Below, in pieces: positions 44,820-47,489 of a DNA stretch of 47,489 bases. The position numbers and the translations under genes are program-made. The stretch lies in NCBI GenBank assembly GCA_025699765.1, contig GCA_025699765.1_4134.1. One strand, written 5' to 3'. The stretch comes from a phage. Each line of letters begins with the position of its first letter. Positions within the stretch are counted from its first letter, which is position 1. The notes under the pieces were generated by a model that saw only the letters and a list, made by a program, of their open reading frames with translations, searched no databases and was not told the origin of the DNA.

Positions 44820-44913
44820 GGCTATTTAATCCTTTGAATCGTTGTATCGTTTACGCTATAATACACGACATACAGTAAACGTTTTTAGCAAAAAGTGCTA
44901 CAGGAGAATTAAG

Positions 44914-45366
44914 ATGAATATGCAACGTATCGCAGAGTCAACTGGTGAAATCGATAAACGTCACATTAATGGTAACAACGGAACGCGACGCGGTAAAGAC
45001 AAAAAGCCTCGGCAGCGCTGCGGCTTCTATATTCATAAAGAAGAAACACGAGCGGGACTGCGAGCGCGACTTGACGCTCTTATTGAATATTACGGCGGCC
45101 CAGCGGCCTGCGCAAAAGCTCTGAAGGTTAGCAATCAGACCGTGCAAGGATGGAAAGATCGCAACATGATTTCGTGGCAAGGTGCTGAAGCTGCGCATCG
45201 TGCTTACCGCCGTCAGGGGTGTAAAGGATTCCGCGCCGCATGGCTGCGATTCGACCTGAAGTTTGACGGTAACGGCAAATGCCTTGAGAAGAGATGCAAG
45301 AATAAGAAATTTATGCGCGTCGTGAAGAAGGAAGATATCGGAACGACCAATAGCATTTTTAGTTAA
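44914..45366 (+). CDS. Cro/YdaS-like HTH DNA-binding protein (candidate transcription regulator)
   Basis: YYGGPAACAKALKVSNQTVQGWKDRNMIS resembles Cro/YdaS-type HTH; basic N-terminal region. Start refined to MNMQRIA with AGGAGA site; palindrome elements lie on both sides. Confidence 0.55.
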   Translation: MNMQRIAESTGEIDKRHINGNNGTRRGKDKKPRQRCGFYIHKEETRAGLRARLDALIEYYGGPAACAKALKVSNQTVQGWKDRNMISWQGAEAAHRAYRRQGCKGFRAAWLRFDLKFDGNGKCLEKRCKNKKFMRVVKKEDIGTTNSIFS

Positions 45367-45369
45367 AAC

Positions 45370-45412
45370 AATAGACGCGTAGCGGGTTAACATCCTTCTA
45401 CGCGTTTTTTAT
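45370..45412 (+). terminator. Rho-independent terminator (gacgcgtag...ctacgcgt + T6)
   Basis: Long hairpin followed by a T-run directly after the regulator gene. Confidence 0.55.
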
Positions 45413-45426
45413 TTGGAGATCTGGAA

Positions 45427-46362
45427 GTGAACGAAGAATTTATGATGTTTCAGAAAGAGGACGTATTGCCGTATATGAAGGGGTTATGGCGTGAGGCGTT
45501 CCAGTCCGTATGCGGATTACCTAACGAGGTTTTCAACAAGAAGCACCAACCTTGCCCTAACTGCGGCGGCAAAGACCGTTTTCGCTGGACTGATAATCTG
45601 AATACTCCTGGCGACGGCGGCGCGATCTGCAACTCCTGCGGTAACGACTCCGGGATCGGTTGGTTGATGAAGTTAACTGGTATGCCGTATAGCGATTGCA
45701 TAAACATCCTGGGAAGATTTCTCGGAAAAGTCCCTCAGGAATACATCGTCAAGGCAAACAAGAAAGCACGCAGGACTCCGGTGTCTGGTGTCAATGTGAT
45801 GATGGCAGATCATGAAGCAGTGATGAAAGTAATGGAGCGCACAGAGAAGCGCGTAAACACACCTCTAAGCATGTTTGAATCTCTACCAACTGAATCATTC
45901 GACGTTTTACGCCAACGTCGCGATGATGGCAGGGAGAGCGTATTTCACACTATCCCGTGTCAACTTGTACACGATGACGGTCTTGATGACGAGTTTTGCA
46001 ATATTTTGATTATTGATGAAGAAGGAAGGGAATCGTTTTACGCTAAGAAATATACGAGTTGTTCGGTTGCCGTGACTGGTAAAACAGAAAAAGCGATCTA
46101 CTTATGCCTTAATTGGATTGATGCTCAGCATATTGCATTTCACACAAAGCAAGAGGTATGGGCCTGCTTCACTCCTGAGAATCTGGAAATGGTTGCATAC
46201 AGATATAAAGGGGATCGAGAAGTAAGGGTTGCGTGCGAACCTTCAGACAAGGAGACTTTATACATGGCAGACGACCGACAATTAAAAATAATCATCCCAA
46301 ATCCTGGAGGATACCGCTCAGGGATGCAAGCCAAGTTATTCTCAGCGAGTGACCTACTCTAA
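45427..46362 (+). CDS. DNA primase (zinc-ribbon type)
   Basis: N-terminal CPNCGG.DRFRW...CNSCG zinc-ribbon motif typical of phage/plasmid primases; GTG start with GGAG site. Confidence 0.65.
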   Translation: MNEEFMMFQKEDVLPYMKGLWREAFQSVCGLPNEVFNKKHQPCPNCGGKDRFRWTDNLNTPGDGGAICNSCGNDSGIGWLMKLTGMPYSDCINILGRFLGKVPQEYIVKANKKARRTPVSGVNVMMADHEAVMKVMERTEKRVNTPLSMFESLPTESFDVLRQRRDDGRESVFHTIPCQLVHDDGLDDEFCNILIIDEEGRESFYAKKYTSCSVAVTGKTEKAIYLCLNWIDAQHIAFHTKQEVWACFTPENLEMVAYRYKGDREVRVACEPSDKETLYMADDRQLKIIIPNPGGYRSGMQAKLFSASDLL

Positions 46363-46363
46363 C

Positions 46364-46386
46364 CGCCTTCTGGCGGTTTTTTATTG
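46364..46386 (+). terminator. Rho-independent terminator (accgcc-ttct-ggcggt + T6)
   Basis: Hairpin plus U-run immediately after the primase stop. Confidence 0.55.
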
Positions 46387-46462
46387 TCCATTGCAAGTCA
46401 GATAGCACAATGATAAAATCATTGTTTAGCAATTCGTGCTATTTACTTAAGGAGTTTATACT

Positions 46463-47489
46463 ATGGCTTTATACAGACGCGGTACTGCATCAATGGATGC
46501 AGACGGTACGGTTCACGGAACAGATACAAAATGGAAAGATCAGCTTGCTCTGATTCGAGTCGGTGCAACTATCGTATTCCTGGAGCAACCAATTAAGCTG
46601 GCTGTAATTAGCGATATTGTGAGCGACACAGAGCTAAAGGCTATCTCTACGGATGGTCAGACCGCATCTGACGGAAAGTATGTGATCTTGCTTAACGATT
46701 CGTTAACTGTTAACGGCTTAGCTCAAAACGTTGCCGAGACGCTTCGATACTATCAAAGCAAAGAGACTGAGATCGCGGCAGCTATAGATCTGATAAATCA
46801 GCTTGATATGAATAAACTTGAGCAAATAGTTGCTGATGTGAATAAGGCGAAATCTGATTCTCAAGCTGCGCAAAATCAGGCTCAATTAGCGCGTGACGCA
46901 GCCAACGCTGCGCGTGATGAAACTAACTCAATCAAGAGTCAGACACAGCAGATTGTTGACAGTGCTGTCGGTGGAATTAATGCCGCAAAAGATCAGGCTA
47001 TCACTGATATCGGCTCTAAGGAATCATCTGTCATCTCTCACATCGACACGGAAGAGGCTTCGGCTATTCAGGCAATTAATGATGCTAAAGGTGATTTATC
47101 GGTTTACGTTAACGACGCTCAAACGGCAGCGCAAACGGCAACCTCTGCAAAAAACGATGCTCAGGCAGCGCGTGACGATGCCGTAAGATCAAAAGATGCG
47201 GCTTCGGTAAGCGCTCAAGAAGCTAAAGACGCAGCTAATAGCATTAATGCCGATAATCTTTTAACTAAGGATGGTAATCTTTCTGGTCTTGTGGACAAAA
47301 AAGAGTCTAGAAAAAATATTGGTTTAGGTGAAAATGATGCTGTTAACTTTCTTACTATTAACACCACGGGGGCTATAGGTGCAGGAAGGAACTCATGGAA
47401 CGGTTCTAACTGGGGTAGTAAGTCCATATTGTCATCATTTATGATTATGTCACCTGATGGAGTGTCTGATCCAGGGATTTACGTCAGAA
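46463..47489 (+). CDS. Tail fibre, N-terminal fragment (3'-partial)
   Basis: ORF with GGAG site that runs to the window edge without a stop; Ala/Gln/Asp-rich coiled-coil shaft typical of side tail fibres. Confidence 0.65.
   Translation, partial: MALYRRGTASMDADGTVHGTDTKWKDQLALIRVGATIVFLEQPIKLAVISDIVSDTELKAISTDGQTASDGKYVILLNDSLTVNGLAQNVAETLRYYQSKETEIAAAIDLINQLDMNKLEQIVADVNKAKSDSQAAQNQAQLARDAANAARDETNSIKSQTQQIVDSAVGGINAAKDQAITDIGSKESSVISHIDTEEASAIQAINDAKGDLSVYVNDAQTAAQTATSAKNDAQAARDDAVRSKDAASVSAQEAKDAANSINADNLLTKDGNLSGLVDKKESRKNIGLGENDAVNFLTINTTGAIGAGRNSWNGSNWGSKSILSSFMIMSPDGVSDPGIYVR

Noticed and set aside
1-47489. Window as one complete circular genome with a single intact tail-fibre gene across the junction
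   Set aside because: The reading frames at the two ends are incompatible when joined directly, so sequence is missing; the window is treated as a nearly complete linear segment.
1-47489. tRNA or other structured RNA genes
   Set aside because: No cloverleaf-compatible segment of 70-90 nt with conserved T-loop (GTTCRANNC) and D-loop features was seen in any intergenic gap; the gaps are taken up by promoter and terminator elements. This was judged by eye only.

Overview
This window reads as about 97% of a T1-like (Drexlerviridae-type) siphovirus genome of enterobacteria, with no rRNA, tRNA, CRISPR array or transposase recognised. The tail-fibre gene is cut by the window edges: its N-terminal part runs off the 3' end (46463-47489) and its C-terminal chaperone part enters at the 5' end (2-715). 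Left to right the modules are: recombination genes (SSB, Erf-like annealing protein, PD-(D/E)XK exonuclease, all minus strand); an AT-rich divergent control region; a small lipoprotein plus an unknown 318-aa protein (plus strand); a long minus-strand morphogenesis block (tail tip J, I, K, an inserted HNH, L, M, tape measure, G/G-T chaperone with a -1 frameshift, major tail, neck, capsid, scaffold, portal, terminase); a minus-strand early operon (dNMP kinase, HAD phosphatase, DUF3850-like protein, small unknowns); a second AT-rich divergent control region; a plus-strand operon of unknowns; a lysis cassette (holin, SAR-type endolysin, unimolecular spanin); and replication/modification genes (HTH-metallophosphoesterase, Dam-like methyltransferase, VRR-NUC, SF2 helicase, primase). 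The most interesting non-coding signal is a palindrome, TAGCA-N5-TGCTA, repeated at least 15 times in intergenic regions at fixed spacing from a TATAGT-like element, which looks like the operator set of an uncharacterised regulon. All family assignments rest on motifs and on resemblances recalled from memory; no database search was run. Several displayed sequence lines appear shifted by one base relative to the ORF track (for example at 16440/16441 and 40800/40801), so hand-refined coordinates are good to about +/-1-3 nt.
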